DNA of 63,337 nt, the filler included, from Reclinomonas americana ATCC 50394 (lineage: Eukaryota): the NCBI GenBank assembly GCA_048213135.1. It is 4 parts of 3 records of this genome, joined end to end, with 100 filler letters (N's around TTAATTAATTAA, not from the genome) between each part and the next. Parts side by side here need not be neighbours in the genome. Positions count along the whole stretch, not along the records: positions 25,913 to 44,234 come from PS015601.1; 3 more parts are not named here. The stretch is one strand, 5' to 3'. This document shows, piece by piece, positions 26,722 through 40,247 of this stretch (the first letter of the stretch is position 1; each line of letters begins with the position of its first letter). Position numbers and translations under genes: made by a program. A model generated the notes under the pieces. The model was given only the letters and a program-made list of their open reading frames with translations, was not told where the DNA came from and did no database searches.

Positions 26722-26826
26722 GGTTTACACAACACAAAAAAACAAACACAACGCGCGGGATGGACGGAAATAGCCGTGGGACATACGCGCTCGCTCTGTC
26801 CGCGTTTGTCGGCTATTGTCTCATTC

Positions 26827-27310
26827 ATGGCGTCGGCTGCGCCTCCCGCGTCGCCCACTGTTGCGTCTCTCTCTCTTTCTCACACACACAGTGTGTTCTT
26901 CTCTGCGTGTGCTCTTCTTGTGTGTTTGTGTTGTGAGCGAGTCGGTCAGTTTGTTGTGTGTCATGGCGCGCGCAACTCTCTCTTGTGCAGTTCGTGTGTG
27001 TGTGTTGCTTGATGGTGTTTGTGTGCGTGTGTGTGCGCGTGTGTGAGACGCAAAGAGTGAGAACGTGCACACGAGCGCGTACACGCACACGCGTGCGGGC
27101 GGCCATTTCCTGCTTTCTGTTATGCTGGTTTTTCCCCCGTCTTCTCTGTGTCATGGCGTGTGAATGTGCATGACACTCTCTCTCTTTTGCGCGCGCGCGG
27201 AGTTGAGCATGTTGAGTGTGAGAGAGAGAGACACTGGTGCAACTTGTTTCTCCGAACGCACGCGAGTCGCGATATCACGCACTTCTGTGAAGAGAGTGGC
27301 GTGCTTGTGA

Positions 27311-27353
<43 letters not shown>

Positions 27354-27380
27354 GAGAGACNNNNNNNNNNNNNNNNNNNN

Positions 27381-27422
<42 letters not shown>

Positions 27423-28706
27423 GGAGAGCAATGGAGGCTATTCCCCCGTGACACGCGAGTCGCGATATCAGACTCTTCACTCGTGCTCTCTCGCTCTTTC
27501 ACACGTACTCAAGCACTGAGAGAAGGAGAGAATGAGAGAGCTCTCACCCGCAGAGGCACACAGGGAGTCGCACCAACACACCCACTCATGCGTCCTTTGT
27601 TGATAGACTCGCGCGATTTGTGATATCATGTACTCTCTCTTCTCCCTCTCACACCCTCCTTCTCCTCCCTCGATCAAACTCACTGAGTGCGACACCCACC
27701 CATGCGGCCTTTGTTGATAGACTCGCGCGATTTGTGATATCATGTACTCTCTCTCCACTCTCTCGCACCCTCCTCTCCTCCTCCCTCGATCAAACACACT
27801 GAGTGCAACACCTACACACCCCCCTGTTGGCTGTCACGTGCGATCCGTCTTTCTGTCTGTCCCTCTCGCTCACATGGTGATCTTGCAGGGCGCTGGTCGC
27901 CACCGCGAAGACATCAACTTCATTCCGGATTATGCGCTGGTGTTTCCAAACCCAGGTTTGTGTGTCATGACTCTTTTGTAATGGATAGATGCCTCCCTGT
28001 ATCTCTCTCCCTCTCTCTCTCGCTGCGCGTGCATGTGTGTATTTGTGCGTGCGTGTGTGCGTATGTGTGTGCGTGTGTCTCCTCCCCCCTCTCACGGCTT
28101 CCTTCTCTACACCCATCCATTCTTTCGCGCTTTCTTTCTCGCTTTCCCTCTCACCTCCCTCCCTCCTCTCTCTCTCTCTCTGGTTATCCGCCATGTGCCT
28201 CTCTTATCACCTTCTGCTATTCTTTCTCTTCACTGTGGCTCTGTGTCCTCCCTTCCTCATTTCTCTCTCTCCCTTGCCCCCATCCACAGAGCACCCCCGC
28301 GTAAAGGGCAGTGCCAAGGCCGACCTCCCGGAAGCGCTCAACAACTACCGCATGCGCATGCGCGATGCCGGTCTCGATGTGTCGCAGCAGTACAGTGCCG
28401 ACAATGACGAGCTGTTCCTCCTCGGTGAGCACTCTCTTTGAACTCCTATCCACGCGCTTCGCTCACCTTGTCCTCTTGCGCAGTCGGCGCCTCGGATCGC
28501 GTGCTCGAGCAATTCGCCGACAAGCTGAAGATTGTCATGGAGACCACGCGTGGTGGTTTCCAGCCTTTTGAACTGAAGAAGGCCGACGAGTACAGAATGG
28601 AGGATCGCAACAATCACCGCCGCTTCGGACCGTCGACTCGTTGCGTCGGCGTGCTGTGTGACATGCTTTTCCCCTCTGCTCCAGAATGTGGCATTGACAT
28701 GACTCG

Positions 28707-28770
<64 letters not shown>

Positions 28771-29277
28771 CGCGACGCCGTCGTACGTACGTTACCGACT
28801 ACTCCTACCTACCTACCGAACGACGCGTCGGTACGGTCGGACGGACGGGACGGGACGGACGGTACGGACGCGGCCGTCCGTCGGTCGCGTCNNNNNNNNN
28901 NNNNNNNNNNNNNNNNNNNNNNNNNNNNNNNNNNNNNNNNNNNNNNNNNNNNNNNNNNNNNNNNNNNNNNNNNNNNNNNNNNNNNNNNNNNNNNNNNNNN
29001 NNNNNNNNNNNNNNNNNNNNNNNNNNNNNNNNNNNNNNNNNNNNNNNNNNNNNNNNNNNNNNNNNNNNNNNNNNNNNNNNNNNNNNNNNNNNNNNNNNNN
29101 NNNNNNNNNNNNNNNNNNNNNNNNNNNNNNNNNNNNNNNNNNNNNNNNNNNNNNNNNNNNNNNNNNNNNNNNNNNNNNNNGGCGTCGTCGTTGGTCGTAC
29201 GTAGTGTTTACCCGTTTCCCTTCCGTTCTCCTCCGAACGTAACGTAGGTCGGACGTAGTACGACTAGTCGTACGTAC

Positions 29278-29342
<65 letters not shown>

Positions 29343-32333
29343 CAGCGCCTGATTTACCGCATCCTCACCTCCAAGAGCTCGAGTGGACGCGAGGGCGACG
29401 TGAGCGCGCTCCGTGGCTGCGGCTTCAGTGCGTTTTTTAGCCAGCCCATTGTCTTGGTCCACACACACACACACACACACATGTCACTCACTTCCTTGCG
29501 TGATCAACAGAGTTCCGCAGCATGGTGAAGAACGGATTGCTGGTCAAGTTCTTCCCACTGCACGAGCGCACGGAGAAGAACAATCTGGAAGCCGACTGGG
29601 CGTCCATGAAGAAACTGTTTTCGCGTCAGCCGCTGGATCGCATTCGCCGCTACTACGGTTCCGTCGTATATTCGTCCCTCCGCTTTGCACCCTAACCTAT
29701 GTGATGGCTGACCGTGGTAATGTCGCGTGCAGGCGAAAAGATCGCCATGTACTTTGCCTGGGTCGGCCACTACACGCAAGCACTGATTTTGCCGGCCATT
29801 CTGGGTCTCATTGTGGGCATTTTCGGTGTCTCGCGGCGCGATGCCGATGGCCAGTTTGAGTGGGATAACGTGCTCACGCCGATTTACACGCTGTTTATGA
29901 TTTTGTGGGGTGCGTGGTACTCTTGACGACTTTGCAGAGCAGGCAGTGGACTGCTTGTATGCTCATGTTTTGACTCGCCACAGGTACCATTTGGAACGAG
30001 CTCTCCAAGCGCAATCTCAACACACTTGCCGCGCAGTGGGGCATGACTGACTTTGAGGAGACGGTTTGTGTGTGCGGGGGGATTGTGTTGCGCGCGTATC
30101 TAGAGCATCGTGCTGAACGCCATGTATGCGTGCGCACAGGAACGCGTCCGCGATTCGTTCCAGTCCGTCAAGCGCAAGGTAGTCATCATTCCGGATCGGA
30201 ACATTTACGAACTGCAGGTGCCGGTGCGTGTGCGCAACATCAACGGCGTCTACTACGAGCGCTACTTCCCGACAACGGCCCGCTGGCGCCGTTTCCTATG
30301 CACATTCCCCGTGGTGCTGTTGATGGTGCGTTGCTGCTGTAGGGCACGTGCTTTTTTTAATTCTGGGGCGCTCACGGAAATGGGGTACCAGTGCGCCGGT
30401 GTCATTATTGCCGTCGTGTTCATCATGCTGTGGCGCGAGAGCCGCATCAAGGATCCCATCATTAGCCCGAACCAGAAGCTGCCGTTCTGGGAGAGTATTG
30501 GATTCTCGGTGCTGATCGCCGCCATTGTGATTATCAGCGGTGTCGTTGCGTCGCCTATCCCGTGCACACGCATTAGAGGGGATGCGAAAGCTGCAGACTC
30601 ACTCGTTTCGGCCTCCAGATTTACAAGGTGGTGGCTCGCATTCTCACCAATCTTGGTGAGTGGAGAGTCTCTCTTCTCACGTCTCCGTGATTTGTGTGAC
30701 TCAAAACAATGATTTCATCTCACAGAGAACCATCGCACGGACACGGAATACGAGGACTCGCTCATTCTCAAGACCTTCTTCTTCCAAGCCGTCAGCAGCT
30801 ACATTGCGCTCTTCTTCCTTGCCTTCCTCACCACTCTCGGTGACTCGACAGTTGCGCCACTCCCCGTTTTTTTCCGACGTAAATCTTGAAGGGCAAGTCT
30901 CTCATTGTGTCTTCTTGATGTCGTGCAGACCAAGATCCGCGAAATGTTCAATCAGTTGCTCGTCATCTTGCTGCTGAAGCAAGTCGTCGGCAACATTCTC
31001 GAGCTGACCATTCCGTTGCGTCGCCTCTTGCGGTAGCCGTACCCACGCTGTTTCTCATGTTCATTCTCGTTTGCATCACCGCAGTTACCTGAAGAAGAAG
31101 TTGTGCTTCTGGCTGGAGCGTCGTCGTGCCAAGAAGGCGACTGGCGACGGCGGCATTCTGCCCAAGTGGGAGGAGGAGTCCAAGATGAGCATGTACGAGA
31201 CACCGTTTGAGGACTACTTGGAGATGTGTTGCGTAACAAGCTGCTGGTGCTCGACTGGATATACTAGAAATTTGTGCAATTCTCACTTGCCATTTTGTGT
31301 TGTGTGCCGTAGGCGTGCAATTCGGTCACATGATGATGGTGAGCGGAACGGAGTATGCAGCACGAACTGTATGAAGGCGTTGAACTCACCTCGCTCTCTC
31401 CGTACATAGTTCGCTCCGGCTTTCCCGTTCGGTCCCACGCTGTCTCTCTTCAACAATGTGGTCGAAATTCGTATCGATGCCATCAAGTTGATGAAGAACT
31501 GCCAGCGGCCGGAGGCTCGTGGCGCTGAGGACATTGGTGCGTGCGAGAGTGGGCCGAAATGGAGGATGTTGCCGTGTGCTCATCATCTATCGTACAGGCA
31601 CATGGCAGCAAGTGCTGGAGGCCATTGTCTTTGTGGCCATTGTCACCACGTCGGGCATTATCTGCTTCACTTCGTCGACACTGTTTGTCAACTACTTCAA
31701 GATCGACGAGAACAACGTGTCGAACTTTGATCGACGACTGGCATTCATCATCATTGAGCACGCTCTCATCGCCATCAACGTGCTGCTGAAGTACTTGATT
31801 CCTGATTTGCCCGGCACGTTGCGTACGACGACAAGGAGGGAGATGGAGAGGTAAAGGGCATTCGACTCATTTCGACTCACACACTCTGTGCATGTCACAG
31901 TGTGCGCAAGTCACTGGCTCTCGACGAGTACGAGCGCAAGCAGGCCTACCTCAAGCAGAATGGCCTCGCCAACGACGACGACGAGGTGGACCCCGACGAC
32001 GAGTTGGAGCAAGGTGCGTAGTAGTAGAAGGGAGAGGAGGTGAAACGAGGGAACAAGCATTCTCACTTGTGCGCACAAACAGTGGCTTACGATTCGAGCA
32101 TCATTTACGGCCCGGTTGGAGGTGCGCCGGTTGGTGGTGCGCCGGCTCCCGGTGGCACTGCACGGCCGCCGTACCGTGGAGAGACCATGGTGCCACAAGC
32201 GGCGCCGACAGCGGCTGCTGTGTATGCTCCAGTTGCGTGGCAGGTTGAGAGAGGAAGAGGGAGAGTGAGGAATGAGAAGGACAGGGAGGGAGAGGGAGAA
32301 GGGAGGACGAGGCAACGCCTCGGCACATATTGA
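26827..32333 (+). CDS. Anoctamin/TMEM16 family protein (short-loop, ANO8/ANO10-like), at least 19 exons; 3' end uncertain
   Basis: Spliced motifs PDYALVF, STRQRLIYRIL, FFPLHE, QPLDRIRRYYGEKIAMYFAW, LTNLENHRTDTEYEDSLILKTF, KQVVGNILE, FEDYLEMCVQFGHMMMFAPAFP, NNVVEIRIDAIKL, QRPEARGAEDIGTW, IIIEH, IPDLP. Putative exon 1 (26827-26859, MASAAPPASPT) is in phase with the exon at 27889. Confidence 0.93.
27550..27815. repeat. Intronic tandem repeat, about 115-nt unit, about 2.3 copies
   Basis: ACACCCAC.CATGCG.CCTTTGTTGATAGACTCGCGCGATTTGTGATATCATGTACTCTCTCT...CCCTCGATCAAAC.CACTGAGTGC occurs twice. Confidence 0.85.
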
Positions 32334-32511
32334 GCGTGAAAGACAGAGAGAGAAGGGAGGGAGAGAGAGACAAGCAATTGCTGAGAGAGAACGAGAGAAG
32401 AGAAGAGGCAAACAATCAGACAGGAAACAATCAGAGTGACGCAGATATTGGGCGTGTGTGAGAGTGTGTGTGTGAGAGAGAGAAAAGGGAAGGCAGAGTA
32501 TGTGTGTGCGT

Positions 32512-32542
<31 letters not shown>

Positions 32543-32656
32543 TAGAAAGAAAGAGACAGGTTAGAAACGAAAACAAGCAGACAGGCAAAGCCAGCGCTCG
32601 TGGACTGGCCGACACGCGGAGACAAATAGAATGACGCAAACATCGCACACATTGAA

Positions 32657-32689
<33 letters not shown>

Positions 32690-33133
32690 GAGTGAGAGAG
32701 AGAGAGAGAACAAATGAGAGTCAGACGGACAGACAGTATCTCAGACTGAGCACACATACACTAAAGGAGAAAAGACCTGCCCGCTGATTCGATGACCGTG
32801 GTGCTGATGTCTAACCAACCGATGTAACATCACAGAGCGGTGCGCAGCCACGACCTCAGACGGACATGCCATACTAAATGGTTGTTGCGGCATGACTCGT
32901 CACCATTTTTGTCGACCCTCTTTTTTCCCCTTCTCTTTTCAGCTTGTTTCGTGGAGTGTGTGGGTGGTGCAGCGTGTTGCCGCTCTCGAGGCACTTGTTT
33001 CCCGTGCTCTCTCTTTTCTCTGTCCTCATTGGTATGTATTGAAGCGGCTGCATGTGTAAAACGAGAAACAACAACTGTCTTCAATGCGCCGCTTCACATC
33101 GCTTGTATCAGTCAGTCAGCGAAAACCAACTTT

Positions 33134-35858
33134 TTACGCGGTCGGGCGATCCCACGAGGTCTGCTGCGTGTAAATGTTGTAGAAATAGCGCTGTCCGTCC
33201 TCAGCAGCGTGCTGCGCCCATCCGTGTGGCAGCGGTGCCTCGGCAGTCGCCGCGGGGGGTGCCACCGCCATCGGCTGCTGTGTCGGCGGTGCCAACAGAC
33301 CACCACCACCCGGACCACCGCCCCAACCCTGCGCGCGCGCACACACACACTCACACACATTAAGTGGCTGCACGCTGTAGTATCACCAGCCGACATTACA
33401 AACCTGTGCATACCCGGCACCTGCCGCAAACGCCGGCTGTCCGTGCGCCCCAAAGAACTGCTGCTGTTGCGGTGGTTGCTGCTGCTGTTGCTGATGGTGA
33501 TGTTGCATCATCATATGCTGCTGTTGTTGCGGCGGCTGCTGCTGCTGCTGCTGCTGGGGCGGCGGCTGCTGTCCGTACATGTGCATCTGCTGCGGCTGTT
33601 GCTGCTGCTGCTGCTGCTGGTGCGGATGCTGGTGCTGTTGTGGNNNNNNNNNNNNNNNNNNNNAAACCCTGCATCATCATCTGCTGCGCTTGGTGCTGCT
33701 GCTGCTGCTGCTGCTGCGGTCCACCAGGGAAGTATCCTTGTGGCTGCTGTTGCTGCTGCTGTGGCGGCGGCATCGGTGCTTGTTGCATAAACTGCGGTGG
33801 TTGCTGCTGCTGCTGCTGCGGCGGCGGTGCACCCGGCGGCATCGGTCGCTGTTGCATCTGCGGGTGCGGCGGAGCCTGCATGGACTGCGGTCCCCACCCC
33901 TGCTGCTGCTGCGGTGGTGGCTGCTGCATTGGCGGCGGCTGCATGGGCATCGGGGCTTGCGGCATGCGATGCGCACCTCCGCCAAAGCCAGCGTCCACGT
34001 GCTGCGGCATCATTTGTCCGGGAGGAGGCTGCTGCTGCTGGTGCTGCTGTGGCGGCGGTTGCTGCAGCAAATAGCCACCACCCTCACCGTGCTATATGAA
34101 TTGAAGGCGCATGAGTTATATCAACACGACGCGATAACGAACAATAGAGAATAAACGCACCGGGTCAGGGCGACGGCCGGGTGGCGGTGGCATCGGTGCC
34201 ATCATTCGCCCGCCCTGCTGGAAGCCGTCGGCATCACGCGGCTGTGGTGGCGGCATTGGCTTCATGGGAGGCGGCGGCATGAGGCCACCACCAGCCGGCC
34301 CACTGCCGTCGTGGGCGTGCATCATGGGACCGGCACCAGCGGGCACATACGGCCGTCCGTCCATGAGCGGTTCTCCACCTCCGCGTCCCACTATGGGGGG
34401 AGAGGGAGTTGAGAACAGAGCGAGGCAACAGTGGACTAGAGAAATGCGAGCATGACAAACCAGCAGGCGGCGGACCCGGGCGCTGACGGCGAGAACCACA
34501 TGACGCAAGTGAGTTACGCAAGGAGAAGAACGAGGCGCCACCCCAAACAAGAGACGCAACGATCGGTGGCGGAGCCAAGAGAGACGCTTGCCCGACATTG
34601 GGAGGCGGGGGGCCGCGCATCATTGGCCCCGGAGGGGCAATCAGGCCGCCGCCACCGCCGCCGCCACCGCCACGGCCGAGACTGACGGGGGCGGGCAGGG
34701 CACTGCCAGAGGAACTGGAGCCGCCGCCGCGGGAGCCCGAGTTGTCACGGGCGCCCTGTGGGAAGGGGGTGAGACGGAGCACAGAAGGGGAAAGGGAGGA
34801 GAAAAAGGGAAAGGGTAAGAGAAGGGAAAAGGGAGAGACGGGAGAAAGGGAGGGAGAACGAGAAGCTGGGGAGGAGGGGAATAGGAGGGAAACGCGAAGG
34901 CCAACAAGGACGAGAGAGAAGGGAAAGGAGAGAGAGAAGGAAAGAAAGAGAAAGGGAAGAGTAGCAGTGCGAGAAGTGAGACGAGAGAGGGGGAGAATGA
35001 GAAAAGGAAAGGGGGACGAGAGAGTAGGGAAAGGGAAAGAGAAGAAGCAAGGTGAAAAATACGTGGTGAAACAGCGACAACAAGAAAGGAGTAGAAAGGG
35101 AAAAGGAGAGAGGGACGCAACCTCAATACACGAGAGACGAGGCAAAGGATCGACAGAATAAGAGAGAGCGCAGGCGGTGAGTGACGAGGAAGACAAGAAA
35201 TGAGAAGGAATTAGGGNNNNNNNNNNNNNNNNNNNNNNNNNNNNNNNNNNNNNNNNNNNNNNNNNNNNNNNNNNNNNNNNNNNNNNNNNNNNNNNNNNNN
35301 NNNNNNNNNNNNNNNNNNNNNNNNNNNNNNNNNNNNNNNNNNNNNNNNNNNNNNNNNNNNNNNNNNNNNNNNNNNNNNNNNNNNNNNNNNNNNNNNNNNN
35401 NNNNNNNNNNNNNNNNNNNNNNNNNNNNNNNNNNNNNNNNNNNNNNNNNNNNNNNNNNNNNNNNNNNNNNNNNNNNNNNNNNNNNNNNNNNNNNNNNNNN
35501 NNNNNNNNNNNNNNNNNNNNNNNNNNNNNNNNNNNNNNNNNNNNNNNNNNNNNNNNNNNNNNNNNNNNNNNNNNNNNNNNNNNNNNNNNNNNNNNNNNNN
35601 NNNNNNNNNNNNNNNNNNNNNNNNNNNNNNNNNNNNNNNNNNNNNNNNNNNNNNNNNNNNNNNNNNNNNNNNNNNNNNNNNNNNNNNNNNNNNNNNNNNN
35701 NNNNNNNNNNNNNNNNNNNNNNNNNNNNNNNNNNNNNNNNNNNNNNNNNNNNNNNNNNNNNNNNNNNNNNNNNNNNNNNNNNNNNNNNNNNNNNNNNNNN
35801 NNNNNNNNNNNNNNNNNNNNNNNNNNNNNNNNNNNNNNNNCGACGACGACGACACACA

Positions 35859-35906
<48 letters not shown>

Positions 35907-38900
35907 GAGAGAGAAAGAGAGAGACTAGCACATCGGAGACAAGTCTTCCATTCCGCAGTCCCCTCTCTCTCTCTCACGTGCATGTGCACGCACAAGCACA
36001 CGCACACACATGCAGAGACAAAATACAAACCGATCCAACACGGCGGAACACTTTGTGCAGCTCCTGCTCAGTCACGTCGGGACCCAAATTGCCGACCCAC
36101 AAAGTACGGGAAGGAGCAGGCTGTGTGAGCAAGGATTTGCACGTGAGTTGGAATGCCACTTGCAGCGAGGGGGAGCGGAGAAGAGTAGACGGAACTCCAC
36201 CCTCAGAGCCCGACGGCGGCATCATGCGACGTCCTTCCTGTGAACGCAAGGTGACGTTAGCAAATGAACAGCACCACAGCCATACAGACGGTGAGACAAC
36301 TAACCGGCGGAGGGATGAGCGATCTATTGTATGCAGACAGCGAAGAGAAAATGTAATCAGCAGCAGAATCGCACAGCGAATCCACAGACACAGAGACTAC
36401 TTCTGTTTTTCTCTGACGGCTCGCTCTCTTCCACAACTCAAGCTCGACTCTCTGACTATGCTGTGTAATCCTTCTTCAACAACAACAATAACACATGACA
36501 TGAAGGCAGACGTCGCGTACAGAGACAGACATGAAACCAACGAGGGATCAAACCATGAGCACACGCCCAGGAAAGTAAGACACATTACCAGGCTACGCAA
36601 ACGCGAAAGCCAATGTGTGCGACCAGCGCGACATATCTACGAACAGAGATTACCCGCCAAAGTAGCCGAAGACACACCAAAGTTGTCGCGTTCCGTGTCT
36701 GTACCTGTCTGCCTGTCTCTCTATCTACCAATCTGTCTCTCTCTATTTATTCTCTCTCTCTCTCTCTTACTCTCTGCCTATCTGTTCGTCTATGTCTATC
36801 GCTCACTGCCACACATAATTAGTTCTACGTACGGAGCGCCAGGGCCACCTCGAGGGACTAATCAACATCCGAAGCAATCGATCAACGACAATGGCCACAA
36901 ATGGGAGGGCACAAAACGGCACGGGTGGTGCACAAACAGGTACCCGCAGGTGGACACACACAAAACAAACACACATACGCACGCGCGCGCGCACACACAC
37001 AGACGACCACAATAAACAGGCAGACACGCACATGCAGGGACACACAAAGACCACAACATCAAACACGAAACAAGCACACGGCACGAAAGGCAAGTCAGTC
37101 GTCTGTGTCGGTGGTGCACGAGGGTGCAAGTGCAATCCAGAAGGGAAATGAAGAGTGTGGGAGTCACTGGCTGTCTATGCGCACGAAATACAAGAAAGAG
37201 AGAGGAGCAGGACAGGGAAGAGACAGAAGAGCCGAACCGCAGTGCACAGGCACAGAGGAAGTAAGACAGATGTAAGACACTCAGGCGAGCCACAGAGGAG
37301 AGACAGCAATACAAAGGAAGCGACAGGGAAAAAAGAGGAGAATGAATGAGGCATTGGGAAAGGAATGAAAAGAGAAGGCGTTCTACAGAAGGGAGAAGTG
37401 AGACACTCAGGCTAGTCACAGAGGAGAGACTGCAGCGCAAAGGAAACGACAGGGAAAGAAGACGAAAATGAATGTGGCATTGGGAAAGGAATGAAAAGAG
37501 AAGGCGTTCTACAAAAGGGAGAAGAGAGAAGTGGAGTCGCATGTGAGAAAGGAACCATAAAGGAGGAGACACATGGGCAGGAGCAAGTACAACTGCAGGA
37601 GAGGAATGAACAGAGAAGAATAACAGTGGCGAGCCATGACACAGTAAAGAACAGTGCAGGAGAGGCAGACACGACAGGAACAGGGAACGGAACACCAGGC
37701 ACACGGCCGACGAGCCATGATTGAGTAAAGAACAGTGCAGTGCGCGTTGACGGGCAAAAGATGAAGGTGGTCAAACTGAACACAGAACACAATCACAGCA
37801 GCCTTGCTGCGCGTACAGAAAAGAACACAGACGGGGAAAGATCACACGCAGAATCTCTGCCATCAGTAACGTCACGTACCCATGGGCTGGAAAGGAGGAC
37901 GACTGTGACCCGGAGCAGACAACACGGCTGCATTCATGGGAACGGCTGCGTAAGTGAAAGGCAGCGTGAGAAGCGAAGCCAGGAGGGAACAGAGAGCGGA
38001 ACAAACAGGAAACGGAAGAGTGGAACAAAGGGGGGAGAGAGGACGAAGAGAAGGAGAGAATGCAAGCAAGGGTATGCGTGAATGCGAAGGACAGGTAGGA
38101 CAAGCAGAGTGACAGTGCCCAGCGAGGGATGGGAAGTGCACAAAGGGGAAGGTGCGAAGGCAGCGCGTGAGAACAGGAAGAATGAGAGAAGGCATGGATG
38201 TGAAAGGGCAAGAGAAGAGAGAGGGAGGGACGGAGAGAGAATGCAAGCAAGAAATGCGTGAATGAGAGTGACAGTGTCCAGCGAGGGATGTGTAGTGCAC
38301 GAAAGGGGAAGGTGCGAAGGCAGCGCGCGCGAGAGGAGGAAGAGCGAGAGCAGGTGTGGAAGCAAGAGGGCAAGATAAGAGAGAGGGAGAGACTGAGAGA
38401 ATGCAAGTGTGGATGGGAAAGGAAAAGAGAGACAATGCGAATGAAAGTGATACGGTCAAACGAGGGCAGCAGGAGTTGGGAATGCAAGAAAGGCGACAGG
38501 CGTCACAACAACAGCGTGGGAGAACAGGAAGTATGCGACATGATGTGAGATGCAAGAGCGCGAGAGGAGAACGAGAGAGAGAGAGAGACAATACAAGGGT
38601 GGGAATGTGAGGATGAAAGAATGAAAGAGCAAGAGAGTGGACAGGTAGACAGTGCGATTAAAAGGAAGAGAGAACGAGGCAAGAAGCCGGGAATGCAAGA
38701 GAGGCGAAGGCATAGAAAACGCACGAGGAACTATGCGGTGATGAGAGAATGAAAGAGCAAGAAGGAGAAGGTGCGGTTAAAGAGAGAAGCAGTGTGAGAG
38801 AGTAAGAGACAGGGCAACAGAAGCTGGGAATGCAAAGGCACTTGCAAGAAGAAATCACAGGTCTTTCTCTATGCCATTCTCCCCGCCTCTCACCATGCGG

Positions 38901-39393
38901 AGGTGGCGCCAGCATCCCCGCTCGCGGCGGCGGCATGGCCATCATTCCCGCGCCGCCGGCCGGCCCCGCATGATACGGTGAAAATTGCCGCTCGGCGCGC
39001 CTATCCGGTAACCCGCCGCGCATTGCCACCGACGGCGGCGCACCCGGCGGCGGCGCCATCATCATGCCACGTGGCGGCGGCGCCATCATGGGCGGAGGTG
39101 CGCCACCAACTGGACCACCGCGGCCGCCACCGTTGCCCATGCCCATGCCACCTCGCTGAGAGAGAGAGAGAGCGTGTGTGTGAGAGAGTGAGCAAGGAGA
39201 GAGCAAAGAGAGGGAAGGAAGAGAGGAAGAAGAGGTGCGTGTTTGTGCGTGTGACATGTTTGAGGTGCAAAGTGCACTTTGACGCGACATGTGTGTGTGT
39301 GTTGCGTGCAGAGTGCGTGTGCATGCGTGCGAGAGAAAGCGCGTGTGTGTGTGCGTGAGTGTGTGTGTCAGTGGCACGCACCCCGCGATACAT
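33134..39393 (-). CDS. RNA-binding protein with RRM, Pro/Gly/Met-rich and Gln-rich low-complexity regions and a C-terminal WW domain; multi-exon, part lost in the gap 35217-35840
   Basis: Putative start MYRG|RGGMGMG (39393). RNP2 motif [23 protein letters not shown] (~36030-36121). PolyQ/P exons 33400-34070. WW domain [31 protein letters not shown] just before the stop at 33134. Linking the parts across the gap is an inference. Confidence 0.75.
37270..37520. repeat. Intronic tandem duplication, about 128-nt unit, 2 copies
   Basis: AGACACTCAGGC..G.CACAGAGGAGAGAC...GGCATTGGGAAAGGAATGAAAAGAGAAGGCGTTCTACA.AAGGGAGAAG occurs twice. Confidence 0.8.
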
Positions 39394-40247
39394 TTGCGTG
39401 ATTGCGTGAGTGGAAACAAAATGTAAAGTCGGTTGATTGAGGATCCGAGGAATGCATGGCCGGATTTCACAGTAGAGACACTTGGGGCGGCGGTTTTTGC
39501 AGAATCCGCACCTGCTGGTTGGTATACATGCAACAAAAGTTCTTCCTCGGGCAATGGACCGAGGTAGTTCCCGAACAAAAATTGATATCGAGATCGATCG
39601 CGAGGGCGCCTTCCGCTGCGCATGATGCCGCTTCCTTGCTTGCTCCTTGTCAGCTTCCTCTGGGCGATATGGGTCTGTGTATTGTCGCCGCAGGAACTGC
39701 ACGCCCGGTCAAAGCCGACTGCAGATCTGCATGCATGCATGCAGGTTCGTTCGAATTCAGTACCGGTATCGCTGCGATCGCTTCTTGAGCAGCCATTCCT
39801 TTGTGCGGACATTCCTCTCCGTGGCAGATGTCCAGATCAACAACCAGCCGTGATAGCTGACATGAGCAACTTCTACGAGAACGGCTGCACCTCCGTTACA
39901 CGCGCGGGCCTGCTTCAGTTTACCGGTGTTCTCCACACTCTCGACGACATACTTCGCACTCTCTTTCCGCATTCCTGTTTGGATCCTGGCTCCATGGCTG
40001 TCTCACACCCTCCGCTGCGTGCGCACAGTTTCCTCTTGTTAAGATGGTGATCATCATGCAGCTGCGTTGCTGTTTGGATTAGTAAAGTTGTTGTTGCAGA
40101 AACGCCAGCATCACGAACAGTTTCAAATTGTCCCCGTTTCTGGTGCTCACTCAAGCTGCGGGGTTGCTGTATGAATCGTTTTTTCTCCCTTGCCAACTCT
40201 ACATTGCCTGATAAACAAAGAATAAACAACAACACCGCGGGTGTGAA

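Noticed and set aside
28640..28646. Reading the shifted donors as non-canonical TT-starting introns (G|TTGCGT)
   Set aside because: Keeping frame would require moving the acceptor off AG at each site. The GT-AG reading restores the conserved motifs without extra assumptions, though only cDNA can exclude the alternative fully.
28769..29280. Odd TACG/GACG-rich sequence flanking the gap inside an anoctamin intron
   Set aside because: It follows long (CA)n runs at contig ends and cycles through T-A-C-G words, as expected of dephased pyrosequencing read tails; probably an artefact.
39456..40050. Short + strand ORFs between the RRM and MFS genes
   Set aside because: No recognisable motif or convincing exon chain.
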